Of a stretch of 64,000 nt of DNA, positions 37,101 to 46,046 are shown piece by piece (the stretch's first letter is position 1; each line of letters starts with the position of its first letter). The notes below the pieces were generated by a model. The model worked only from the letters and a program-made list of their open reading frames with translations, ran no database searches and had not been told where the DNA came from. Origin of the DNA: Candidatus Sericytochromatia bacterium (GTDB lineage Bacteria; Cyanobacteriota; Sericytochromatia; S15B-MN24; VGJW01); NCBI GenBank assembly GCA_035285865.1, contig JAYKHS010000014.1, positions 1 to 64,000 of the forward strand, in the 5' to 3' direction. The translations under genes were made by a program, and so were the position numbers.

Positions 37101-38591
37101 GTGAAGCGCGTGCTCGGCCTCGGGATCGCGCTCTGCGCCCTGTTCTGGATCGTGCCGGATGCGGCTTCTGCAGCCCCACCGGCACAGCCTGCGGCGCGGG
37201 ATCTGGCGTTGGTGGCGTGGGTCGCCGAAGCCGATCGCCTCGCCGGCCCGGGCAACAAGCCCGTGGCGGGCTTCTCGTTCCGCAAGGTTCCGATCCTGCT
37301 CGTGGATCCGGGCCGCATGGCGTTGGCATTCCATGTTCGGACTTCTCTTCCGGGGTTCAGGCCGATCGGATCAGGCGCCTTGACCGTCCAATGGCGGGCA
37401 GGAGCCACGACTGACCTGGACTCGGGCAGTCTGGAGGTCCGCCTTGCCGGGATCCGCATGGTGGCCGCGCCTTACGATCTGCTGCCCGGCTTCTTCCCGA
37501 CGGGGCCTTCGCCGACGGCCCTGCTGGTTCTTGGCCTGAACCATCATGTTCTTGCCAAGGCGACGTGGGCCCGTGACTTGCGGGCTCGGGTCGGTTCGGC
37601 CCAGGCGCAGGCCCGGGGACTCGCCCGCGAACTGGATGCTCTGGGCTTGGCCCTCGTGACTCGGGATGCCGCAGCACAGAAGGCGGCCCTGCTGGGCTTC
37701 CTTTCGGCCCGTCGCAGTCGGCGTGCGGGCTTGTCGGTGGGTGACGCGCAGGCAGAGGATCATCGGGAGGCCCTGCGGGCACTGATTCGCCACTGGCCTA
37801 TGGTGCGCCAGGCGTCGGCCGCAGGTCCTCGTGCATCGGACGTGCCTGCGGCTCTGCCTTGGAGACACGCCTCGGCAGCCGAGCAACTGGCGTGGTTGCG
37901 TAGCCGTTGTATTCAGGCCATGGGCGGGCGCGAGGTGGACGGAGACCCCCTGCTCGTGACTGCATTGGCGCAGGCAGCGATGCTCGACCGTTTCGCGGGA
38001 GAAGGATGGCAGGAACGTGTCCTGCGTAGCGGCTCGATGACGACGGTTCTTGCTCGTGCCCTTGGCTTCGAAGACGGACTACAGGGCATTCCCGTCGATC
38101 GCTTCCGGACTGCCGAACCGACCGTGCCTGAGGTCGGCCCCGATCGTTCGGAGCGCCTGTCCGCCTTCGAGATGCAACCGGGCATCGCCATCGCGCTGCA
38201 GCTGCCGGCACCGGCCCGTGGCCACGACGCCCGCGGGGGGCTGACGTGGGCTCCTGCGCAGCGTGCTCCCTACCGCCTCGATCCGCGTACGGTGCTGCTC
38301 GAGGGCCTTATGTCGCTCAGTTTCGAGGGCAGCGATCGGTCGCTGGACGTGTCGCGATTGCCCGTGCTGGGTGTCGCCGGGGAGCGGTCCTGGCCGTTCG
38401 GCCGCCTCGTGTTTCGTGCTGACCCGCGCAACCTTCAGATCCTGGTCGATGGCCGCCGCATCCGGCGCGCCCCGGGCCTCTGGCGCGTGCACCGCAGACT
38501 CGAGTTGCTGCATCCTCAGTTCCGCTACGTCACGCATCGCGGTCAGTTGCGTATCGACGAGGAGCAGATCGAGGTCGCGGACGTGCGGTGA
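37101..38591 (+). CDS. Hypothetical exported protein
   Basis: Signal peptide (KRVLGLGIALCALF...ASA); long ORF in an operon-like arrangement. Confidence 0.7.
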   Translation: MKRVLGLGIALCALFWIVPDAASAAPPAQPAARDLALVAWVAEADRLAGPGNKPVAGFSFRKVPILLVDPGRMALAFHVRTSLPGFRPIGSGALTVQWRAGATTDLDSGSLEVRLAGIRMVAAPYDLLPGFFPTGPSPTALLVLGLNHHVLAKATWARDLRARVGSAQAQARGLARELDALGLALVTRDAAAQKAALLGFLSARRSRRAGLSVGDAQAEDHREALRALIRHWPMVRQASAAGPRASDVPAALPWRHASAAEQLAWLRSRCIQAMGGREVDGDPLLVTALAQAAMLDRFAGEGWQERVLRSGSMTTVLARALGFEDGLQGIPVDRFRTAEPTVPEVGPDRSERLSAFEMQPGIAIALQLPAPARGHDARGGLTWAPAQRAPYRLDPRTVLLEGLMSLSFEGSDRSLDVSRLPVLGVAGERSWPFGRLVFRADPRNLQILVDGRRIRRAPGLWRVHRRLELLHPQFRYVTHRGQLRIDEEQIEVADVR

Positions 38592-38635
38592 GGCGTGGCG
38601 CACCCCGATTGGGTGGGTAAAGCCCATGAGGGGGG

Positions 38636-40468
38636 GTGCTCGTGTCGTCCGAAACCCACGGTCCTGTCGCCAGCGGTCGGCCACCGCTGGGCGAAGTCCT
38701 GCTTCGCCTGCGGCGCCTCGATCAGGCCAGTCTCGAGGCTGCCCTGCGGGAACAGCGTGACCTCAACGTCCGCCTGGGCGACCTGCTGTTGCAGAAGGGC
38801 CTCATCGATGCCGATTCGCTGCAGGAGGCCCTGACCCTGCAGGAGCGTGGCACGCAGGATGCTCCCGTCGCCGCGCGGAAACGTCTCGGCGAGCGGCTGC
38901 TGGCACAAGGCCGCATCACCGCGGAGCAGTTGGCGACAGCGCTCGAGAGCCAGGCCCTCTCCAAGGCGCGCATCGGCGAGATTCTTGTCGAGATGGGCTT
39001 CGTGTCGGACGAGGATGTCACCCGCGCCCTGAAGGGTACCGACACGCTCGGCATTGCTTCTCGCCCTCAGGTGCGTCCTGCGGCCGGGACAGCACCCCTC
39101 GCCCAGCGGACGCAACCTCTCGAAGGCGGCAAAACCGAGGTCGCCGAGGCCTTCCGCGCGGTCTTCGGTCGGAGTCCCGGCCCGGCGGAGCTCGAACCGT
39201 TCCGCGGGCGTCTCGCCGCAGCCGGGGTTCGGGACCGTCAGGAATTGCTCTTCCGGCACGTCATCGCCGACAGGGTGGTGCAGTTGGTGGGCGGCGACCT
39301 GGTCTCGAAAACTCGCGGTGCGGACGGCGCGCCCGTCCTGACCGGGCTGTCGCCGGAGGATCTGGCCTTGGCGCAGACACTGGCCGCCGATCCGGGGTTC
39401 GATCCGGGGCAGGCCGCGCAGGCTTTTCAGGCGCGGTCCCTGCGGGCCTCCTTCAGGCGGTCTGTCGGCCGTGACCCGGCTGCCGGTGCCGAGGAAGCCT
39501 TCTGGACCGAGGCGTGGACCAGTGGTGAGGCGGCCATGTTCCTCGAGGCGTGGGGCGAGGCCTGGCAGCGCTTCCTGGCCGACCATCCCCTGCTGCGCGG
39601 GGATGCGCGGACGTTGCTGCCGCTGCTGCCCGGTCCTGATGAACTGCGTGAGTCCCTCGCGTTGTTCCGGGCTCGCCACGGGGATGACTTCTTCGCGGCC
39701 CTCATGGCCGGCGCCTACTTCAACGCGCGGCGCATCGAGGCCCGTCAGGTCGAGCAGGGCCGGCAGGAGGTCCTCTCCAGCCTGCGCGAAGGTCAGGTGC
39801 GCAAGCGGCTCGAGCAGCTGCTTGCCGATTTTCTGGGGACAGTGCCTCCGGCACTGGCTCAGGTCCTCGCCCAGTGGATTCAGGCAGCCGGTGGTGGCAT
39901 GACAGCGGATGGGCCCGCGGTTCTGGAGCGCTTGCTTGTGGACTTGCTGGAACGCCTGATGGCGGTGCTCGAACGCCACGGCGGTTCGGACCCTGCGCGT
40001 CTTGGGCACGCTCTCGAGGCCGCCCTTGAGATGCTGGCCTCCGGACTGGTCCTGAGCGACGAACTGCTCGAAGCCCTGGTCGCACAGGCGCCTGCGAGCG
40101 AGGCAGGCGCGGGTGGCGATCCGGTCGCGGGCGTGCGGGCGCAGGTTGACCAGATGCTTTTCGACTTCCTGGGACAGGTCCAGGCAGACCGACCTGAGGC
40201 GGATGCGCTCGTGCAGGCTCTGATGAGCGGCAATCGTGACCTTGGAGACGTCGCAATGGCTCTTGAACGGCAGTGGCGTTCGGGCCTTGCGCCCTTCACG
40301 ACCGAGGATGCACAGGCCTTCGTCGGACATCTCAATCTGTTGCATCGCGGCCTTGCCTTCATGCCCGGTCCCGAGGACGAGTGGGTCAAGCGGATGCTCG
40401 CGCGTGAGGTTCTCCCCGCCGACGTGGCCCGGCACTGGGCGGCCGAGGTGGCCGTTGAGGTACCATGA
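38636..40468 (+). CDS. Protein with tandem MshEN (c-di-GMP-binding) motifs and an unknown helical C-terminus
   Basis: Four motifs: PLGEVLL..., RLGDLLLQKGLI...LQEAL.LQ, RLGERLLAQGRI...L..ALESQ, RIGEILVEMGFV. Confidence 0.75.
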   Translation: MLVSSETHGPVASGRPPLGEVLLRLRRLDQASLEAALREQRDLNVRLGDLLLQKGLIDADSLQEALTLQERGTQDAPVAARKRLGERLLAQGRITAEQLATALESQALSKARIGEILVEMGFVSDEDVTRALKGTDTLGIASRPQVRPAAGTAPLAQRTQPLEGGKTEVAEAFRAVFGRSPGPAELEPFRGRLAAAGVRDRQELLFRHVIADRVVQLVGGDLVSKTRGADGAPVLTGLSPEDLALAQTLAADPGFDPGQAAQAFQARSLRASFRRSVGRDPAAGAEEAFWTEAWTSGEAAMFLEAWGEAWQRFLADHPLLRGDARTLLPLLPGPDELRESLALFRARHGDDFFAALMAGAYFNARRIEARQVEQGRQEVLSSLREGQVRKRLEQLLADFLGTVPPALAQVLAQWIQAAGGGMTADGPAVLERLLVDLLERLMAVLERHGGSDPARLGHALEAALEMLASGLVLSDELLEALVAQAPASEAGAGGDPVAGVRAQVDQMLFDFLGQVQADRPEADALVQALMSGNRDLGDVAMALERQWRSGLAPFTTEDAQAFVGHLNLLHRGLAFMPGPEDEWVKRMLAREVLPADVARHWAAEVAVEVP

Positions 40469-40499
40469 GGGGGCTCCCGACCCTGATGGAGCCCTGCCT

Positions 40500-41786
40500 G
40501 TGCCTCGCGACATCCTGATCATTTCCAACGCCCCGGGCGAACTCGCCGCGTGGGTTCGGCCTGTCGTCGGCGCCCTGCTGGAGCGCTTCCCGGAGGTCTC
40601 GATCACGGTCGCGCTGGTGCCGTGCCCTTATGCATCGGGACAGGAGGCCGCCACCATCGCGGCGTGGCAGTTGCCGCTGACCGTCTGGACGCCGGCACAG
40701 ACCCTGCGATTCCTGTTGCTGGGTCAGCGCCCCGACCGTCGTGGCGCGGCCGAATCGGGCGCGGTGCTGTTCCTCGGGGGAGATCAGTTCTTCGGGGTGC
40801 TGGCCGCGCGCAGGACCGGTTGGCCTTTGCTGGTCTACACCGAGACCGTGGGGCGCTGGGCCAGTGCCGTCACCCGATTCATGCTGTCGGATCGCAACCC
40901 TTATCTCGCCCTGCGTGGCCGTAAGGTACCGCCCGGCAAGCTGGTTCTCGTCGGCAACCTCATGGTCGATTCCGTTGCCCCGTCCATGACGCCCGCAGCG
41001 GCACGGGAGCGTCTCGGATTGTCCCAGGGCTCCCTCGTCGTGGGGTTGTTGCCCGGCAGCAAGCCCTTCAAGGTCCGCAGCGCCACGCCTTTCATGGTGG
41101 AGGTTGTTGACAGGCTGCATGCCGTTGATTCCAGTGTGCAGTTCATCCTGCATCAGTCCGCGTTCACCCCGCTCGAGATGTTCGAGGCGGCCCTCGCCGA
41201 GGGACCCGAGGCTGCGCGTGCCACGCGTATCCTGAAGGCCCCGGGTGGTGCGCTCATGGTCACGCCCGGTGGGGCACGCATTCGCATCGTGCCGCCGGCG
41301 ATGCAGTTCGATGGCCTGCAGGTCGATGACCTTGCCCTGACGGTACCCGGTACCAACACGGCCGAACTGGCGGTGCTTGGCGTGCCACAGCTGGTGGTCC
41401 TGCCCTTGCTGCGTCCGGAGGACATCCCCCTCGAAGGTATTCCCGGCCGCATAGGCCAACTCCCGTGGCTGGGGCCTCGCATCAAGCGGGTGGTCATTCG
41501 TCAGTTGCTCCGGCATCTGCGCTTCACGGCACTGCCGAATCAGCGGATGGGTCGAATGGTCACCCCCGAATTGGTTGGGGCCATCACGCCCGAGATGGCC
41601 GCGACCCAAGCCGTCGAGCTGCTCGCCGATCACAATCGCCGGCGCCTGATTCGCATCGACCTGTTGCAGGCGATGGGCTATCGGGGTGCTGCACAGGCGG
41701 TGGCCGATGTTCTTCAGGATGTCTGGACGGGCCAGAAGCCGGTTGGTGGCGAAGTGGCGAGTCCTGGCCTCGATCCGGGTGTCTGA
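40500..41786 (+). CDS. Lipid-A-disaccharide synthase (LpxB)-related protein, cyanobacterial type
   Basis: ILIISNAPGEL..WVRPV, FLGGDQ, VGNLMVD, LLPGSK, PGTNTAEL, ALPN. Confidence 0.78.
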   Translation: MPRDILIISNAPGELAAWVRPVVGALLERFPEVSITVALVPCPYASGQEAATIAAWQLPLTVWTPAQTLRFLLLGQRPDRRGAAESGAVLFLGGDQFFGVLAARRTGWPLLVYTETVGRWASAVTRFMLSDRNPYLALRGRKVPPGKLVLVGNLMVDSVAPSMTPAAARERLGLSQGSLVVGLLPGSKPFKVRSATPFMVEVVDRLHAVDSSVQFILHQSAFTPLEMFEAALAEGPEAARATRILKAPGGALMVTPGGARIRIVPPAMQFDGLQVDDLALTVPGTNTAELAVLGVPQLVVLPLLRPEDIPLEGIPGRIGQLPWLGPRIKRVVIRQLLRHLRFTALPNQRMGRMVTPELVGAITPEMAATQAVELLADHNRRRLIRIDLLQAMGYRGAAQAVADVLQDVWTGQKPVGGEVASPGLDPGV

Positions 41787-41799
41787 GTACACGATCCGG

Positions 41800-43506
41800 A
41801 TGCCTGAAGCCACGGTCCGGGAGCCTGAGGCCACGACCGCGGCCTGGATGGCCCTTATCCGTCCCTACCCGTTGAGGCTGGTCGGGTTAGGTGCCCTGAC
41901 GTGTGCTTCGGCAGCCGTCCAGTTGGCCCTGCTGCCGCAAGCAAGGCGCATGACCGAGGTCTTCCCAGCCCTTGCCGACGGCCGGCCGCACGCCATCCGT
42001 GACCTGCTGCTCTTTCTGGCCGTCCTCGTGGCGCTCTTCGTGGGGCGGAGCCTGCTCACCGCGCTCCTGCAACTGGTCGCTGCCGAGACCGCCGTTCGCG
42101 CGGCCCAGCGCCTGCGCCTCGCAGCCTTCGACGGCTTGCAGCGGCGCAATCTGGCCTGGTTCGACAGCCAGCGGCAGGGTGATCTGGCCGCCCGCCTCGT
42201 GGCCGAGGCCGGGATGATTCGTGAGGCCCTCGGGCTGGCCCTGGCCGACCTGGGGCCCGGGCTGCTGGTGCTCGTTGGCTCGATGGCTTGGCTGGTCTGG
42301 ACCTCGTGGAGCCTTGCGGCGGCCGTACTGCTCGGACTGCCCGTGGTCTCAGGCCTTCTGGCCCTATTCTCCCGATCCCTTCGGCGCTGGTCCCTCGCCG
42401 CGCAGGACCAGGGCGGTCTGCTGACGGCCCGGGTCGTCGAGCATCTGCGCCAGATGCCCGTGGTCAGGGCCCACGGACAGGAGCAGCGTGCCCTCGAGGC
42501 TTTTCGGGCGGACAGCGAACGCCAGTGGGGCTACTGGCGGCGTGCCTTGCGGGTCCAGGCTTTCCAGCTGCCGACCGTGGCCCTCGTCCAGATGCTGGCC
42601 ATATGCGCCGTCCTTGCGTGGGGTGGCCTCGAGGTGGCACGCGGACACATGACTCTGGGGGACATGCTCTCCTTCGGGGCGGCACTGGGCTTGTGCGTCG
42701 ATCCGGTCCTCCAGGTCACGCAGGCGTGGGGACGGCTGCAACAGGCCGCAGGCGCGCTTGGACGACTGACCGAGTTGGCGCGTGTCCCCGAGTCAGAGGC
42801 CGAGCCCGTGGGTGGGCTGCGATGGGATGGTGCGCTCGAGTCCTTGGCCTTGCGTGGTGTCACCTATGCCTATCCCGATGGCGAGGGGAATCTGGGACCT
42901 TTCGACCTGGAGATTCCTGTCGGGGGTCTGACGGTGCTGACCGGGCCTTCGGGCGTTGGCAAGAGCACGCTGCTTGCCTTGCTGCTGGGACTCAGAGTGC
43001 CCACGGATGGACGGGTCGAGGTCAACGGAACGGATCTCGGCCTGCTGGACCGGGTCGATTGGCGTCGGCATCTGGCGTGGGTGCCGCAGGACCCTCTCAT
43101 CCGTCAGGGGACGGTTCGGGACAACCTCGTCGAAGACGCGGGACCGTTGCCCGACCATGTCCTTGAGGAGGCGCTCGCAACGGCTGGCGCATCGGCTTTC
43201 GTCGCATCGCTGCCCAAGGGTCTGGACACGCTGCTCGGAGATGGGGGCAGCGGATTGTCCGGTGGTCAGCGGCAGCGTCTCGCGCTGGCCCGCGCCGTAT
43301 GCCGGCAGCCCCGCCTGCTGGTGCTCGACGAGGCGACCAGTGCCGTGGACGAGCTCCTCGAGGAAGACATTGTCCAGCGGGTGGCTGCACTCAAGGGAAA
43401 GACGACCGTGGTGGTGGTGACGCATCGGCCGGCATGGGTGGCCGTGGCGGATCGCGCCCTTCGGCTGGAGCGTGGGTCAGCGCCAGAAGCAACCCCAACT
43501 CGCTGA
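41800..43506 (+). CDS. ABC exporter, fused TMD-NBD (MsbA-like)
   Basis: TM domain, GPSGVGKST, LSGGQRQR, LDEATS. Confidence 0.9.
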   Translation: MPEATVREPEATTAAWMALIRPYPLRLVGLGALTCASAAVQLALLPQARRMTEVFPALADGRPHAIRDLLLFLAVLVALFVGRSLLTALLQLVAAETAVRAAQRLRLAAFDGLQRRNLAWFDSQRQGDLAARLVAEAGMIREALGLALADLGPGLLVLVGSMAWLVWTSWSLAAAVLLGLPVVSGLLALFSRSLRRWSLAAQDQGGLLTARVVEHLRQMPVVRAHGQEQRALEAFRADSERQWGYWRRALRVQAFQLPTVALVQMLAICAVLAWGGLEVARGHMTLGDMLSFGAALGLCVDPVLQVTQAWGRLQQAAGALGRLTELARVPESEAEPVGGLRWDGALESLALRGVTYAYPDGEGNLGPFDLEIPVGGLTVLTGPSGVGKSTLLALLLGLRVPTDGRVEVNGTDLGLLDRVDWRRHLAWVPQDPLIRQGTVRDNLVEDAGPLPDHVLEEALATAGASAFVASLPKGLDTLLGDGGSGLSGGQRQRLALARAVCRQPRLLVLDEATSAVDELLEEDIVQRVAALKGKTTVVVVTHRPAWVAVADRALRLERGSAPEATPTR

Positions 43507-44599
43507 AGAAGAGGATGCTGTTGCGCCCCTCGGCGAGCGTGAACTCGAAGACTCCCATCACCAGATAGCCCACCACGCCCGAGGCCAGAGCGGCCACAAG
43601 GGCTCCGTCCGGTCCCTGGCGCACGACCTCGACGGCTCTGCGGATGACGCTCAGCACCATCAGGATGAAGGCCACCAGCATGGGCAGGCCGTATTCGGCT
43701 GCGAGGTGCAGGAAGACGGAATGGGCATGGGACAGGTGCTCGAACTCGTCGGGATAGCGGAATCTCGGGTAGATGACCGGCCACGTTCCGGGGCCCCAGC
43801 CCGTCCAGGGGCGGGCCTGAACCATGTCCATGGCAGCGGCCCAGACCAACCTGTGCCCCTCGTTGCTGACGACCCCGGGTTCGATCACGCTGTGCAGCCG
43901 AGGCGCCCAGATCGGCAGGGACAGAAGCAGACAGGCGGCGAGGACCCCGAGGATGACGAGCGTCGTCTTGCGCGCTTCCTGTCGTTCCCGGGCCGGCACA
44001 AGGGCATGCCGCAGCACCAGCAGCACCGGCAATACGGCCGCTGCACCAATCCACGCCGAGCGCGAGCGTGTCAGCAACAGGCCCAGGCCGAGGATGCCGA
44101 AAGCCAGCGCGGTCCGCCACGGACGTCTCGGCCAGAGTGTCGTGGCCAGCGGACCGATTAGCATCAGGTAACCGGCGAGGACATTGGGATGGAAGAACAC
44201 CGAGTTCAATCGCCCGTCCTCGGTTCCGAGCCGGATCTCGCCGGGGCCGATCGGGATGACCGCATGCCAGCCAGCGAAAACCACGGCGATGCCGACAAGG
44301 ACCCAGGGCACCAGCCCCCAGAAGAGGGCCGTGAGCCAGCGCTGGCGCCATTCCTGTCGGCGCAACAGATGGCCGCAGGTCCACGTGATCGCGAGGTAGG
44401 CGATGGCGATTGGCAGTGCCAGCCACGAACGTTCAGGATGACTCGAACATGCCACTGACAGCAGAGTCGCCCCGACCAGCCATAGCCAAGACCGGCCGAC
44501 CGGATGGGGCCCGAGGGGGACGCGCATTCGGCGCCACCAAAGGGTGCCTGCGGCGGCCAACAGGCACAGGGCCGAGAGAGCAGGCAATATCGGCAGCAA
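43391..44599 (-). CDS. O-antigen ligase / IctB-like membrane protein (start may extend upstream)
   Basis: FFHPNVLAGYL, TRSRSAW, RPWTGWGPG, HAHSVFL..AAEYG. Confidence 0.85.
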   Translation of the reverse strand: MLPILPALSALCLLAAAGTLWWRRMRVPLGPHPVGRSWLWLVGATLLSVACSSHPERSWLALPIAIAYLAITWTCGHLLRRQEWRQRWLTALFWGLVPWVLVGIAVVFAGWHAVIPIGPGEIRLGTEDGRLNSVFFHPNVLAGYLMLIGPLATTLWPRRPWRTALAFGILGLGLLLTRSRSAWIGAAAVLPVLLVLRHALVPARERQEARKTTLVILGVLAACLLLSLPIWAPRLHSVIEPGVVSNEGHRLVWAAAMDMVQARPWTGWGPGTWPVIYPRFRYPDEFEHLSHAHSVFLHLAAEYGLPMLVAFILMVLSVIRRAVEVVRQGPDGALVAALASGVVGYLVMGVFEFTLAEGRNSILFFSELGLLLALTHAPAEGRDPPRPPMPADASPPPRSSFP

Positions 44600-44691
44600 C
44601 CAGGCCGCGGCAAGCAGCAGGAACCCCGGCCCCCTGAGGGGGGAGCCGGGTTCCGGTAGGGGTGCCGTCAGCGGGGGGACGACCTGATACC

Positions 44692-45924
44692 TCAGAGCCT
44701 TGCGGCGGCGGCGCGGGGATCGGCCGAGATGTCGATCAGGTAGAGCAGGTTCTCACGCCACTCGTTCCAATCCTCGTCCACCTCGCGGTAGGGAGCGCTG
44801 AAGCCGGAGTCGTTGAGTTCGACGCCGAAGGCGATCGTGCCGTGCTTGACGTACTGCCAGGTCGAGAAGTCGCCGTAGGTGTTGTAGAGCGTCCGCGAGA
44901 TCGAGCCGGCGCGGTAGCGGATGGGCTTGGCCATCTTGTCGGCAAGCTTCTGGTAGGTGACTTCGTCCTTGGTCTTCTCCTTCGAGAAACCGAAGGGCCA
45001 CAGGACCATGCCACCGTAGTTGTGGATGTCCACCGACACGTTGAACTTCTTCATCTCGAAAACCTTGGCCATGACCTGGGTCTCGGGCTCGGAGTTCGCA
45101 GCCGTGCCGTGGTAGTCGTCGGCCGAGCCGCGGTTGTTGCCCTGGGTCCAGTGGTCGTCGTAGTTGCGGTTGATGTCGACGCCCTGCGAGCCGTCGGCAT
45201 TGCGGCGCATGTTCTTGCGCCACCAGGCATCGCCGGACTCGACGTTCTTGCGACCGTCCGGATTGACCACCGGCACGACCCAGATGTCGCGGGTGTCGAT
45301 CAGGCGCGTGATGCGCTCGTCCTTGCCGTAGTTGCTCAGCAGGTGGCTGACCAGCCTGAAGCTGACCTCGACAGGAGGCAGCTCGCGGGCGTGGTGGCCC
45401 GAGTCGATGAGGATGCCGGGCAGGTTGGCTTCAGGCTTGGAGGTGATGCGGATGACGATGATGTCATTGCCCTGCAGCGACTTGCCGAGGGTCTGGATGC
45501 GGGCGATGCCCGGAGCGGCCTCGACGAGCTTGCGGTAGTCGGCGTAGAGCGAGTCCACCGTGTGGTAGCCGGCCATGTAGGAACCGGTGATGGCCTCTAC
45601 CTGCGCAGGACGCTGAAGCACTTGGTACGTCAGGCCGGCGCGACGCAGGGCCGCCTCGTCCCGAGCCGTCACGGTGCCATCCACGGTGCCGGCCTGCATG
45701 TCGACGTTCTCGAAGAGGTCCAGGCCCAGCTTGGCCAGCGTCTCGAGCTGGCGATCATCGCGGAATCGGATGCGAACGACCTGACGCTCGCCCTGCTGGA
45801 ACGAAGCGTAGGAGCGGACGCTGCGGGTCCCCTGCGTGCCCAGACGGCCCTCGGAGGTGGGCTGGCCGCAGCCGGCAGTGGCGGCAACCATCATGGCAAG
45901 CGCTGCGGCGAAGGATTTTTTCAC
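44692..45924 (-). CDS. M14 zinc carboxypeptidase (carboxypeptidase T-like) lipoprotein
   Basis: Lipobox TAGC; HHARE, NPDG, WRKN, GVDINRNY, SEPET, DIHNY, FGVEL. Confidence 0.9.
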   Translation of the reverse strand: MKKSFAAALAMMVAATAGCGQPTSEGRLGTQGTRSVRSYASFQQGERQVVRIRFRDDRQLETLAKLGLDLFENVDMQAGTVDGTVTARDEAALRRAGLTYQVLQRPAQVEAITGSYMAGYHTVDSLYADYRKLVEAAPGIARIQTLGKSLQGNDIIVIRITSKPEANLPGILIDSGHHARELPPVEVSFRLVSHLLSNYGKDERITRLIDTRDIWVVPVVNPDGRKNVESGDAWWRKNMRRNADGSQGVDINRNYDDHWTQGNNRGSADDYHGTAANSEPETQVMAKVFEMKKFNVSVDIHNYGGMVLWPFGFSKEKTKDEVTYQKLADKMAKPIRYRAGSISRTLYNTYGDFSTWQYVKHGTIAFGVELNDSGFSAPYREVDEDWNEWRENLLYLIDISADPRAAAARL

Positions 45925-46046
45925 GGTGTCTCCGGGGACGGTGGGGGGTGAAACCGATTTTACCCTTGCTTAATCGTTCCTTGGCTTCGGGAACTTGCGT
46001 GATTCGCGAAGAATCCGTGAACTTTCCGGGTGGTACGATGGACCTG

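Noticed and set aside
44621..44653. GC hairpin as a terminator of the carboxypeptidase gene
   Set aside because: Imperfect stem, no U-tract, and it may lie within the extended ligase reading frame.
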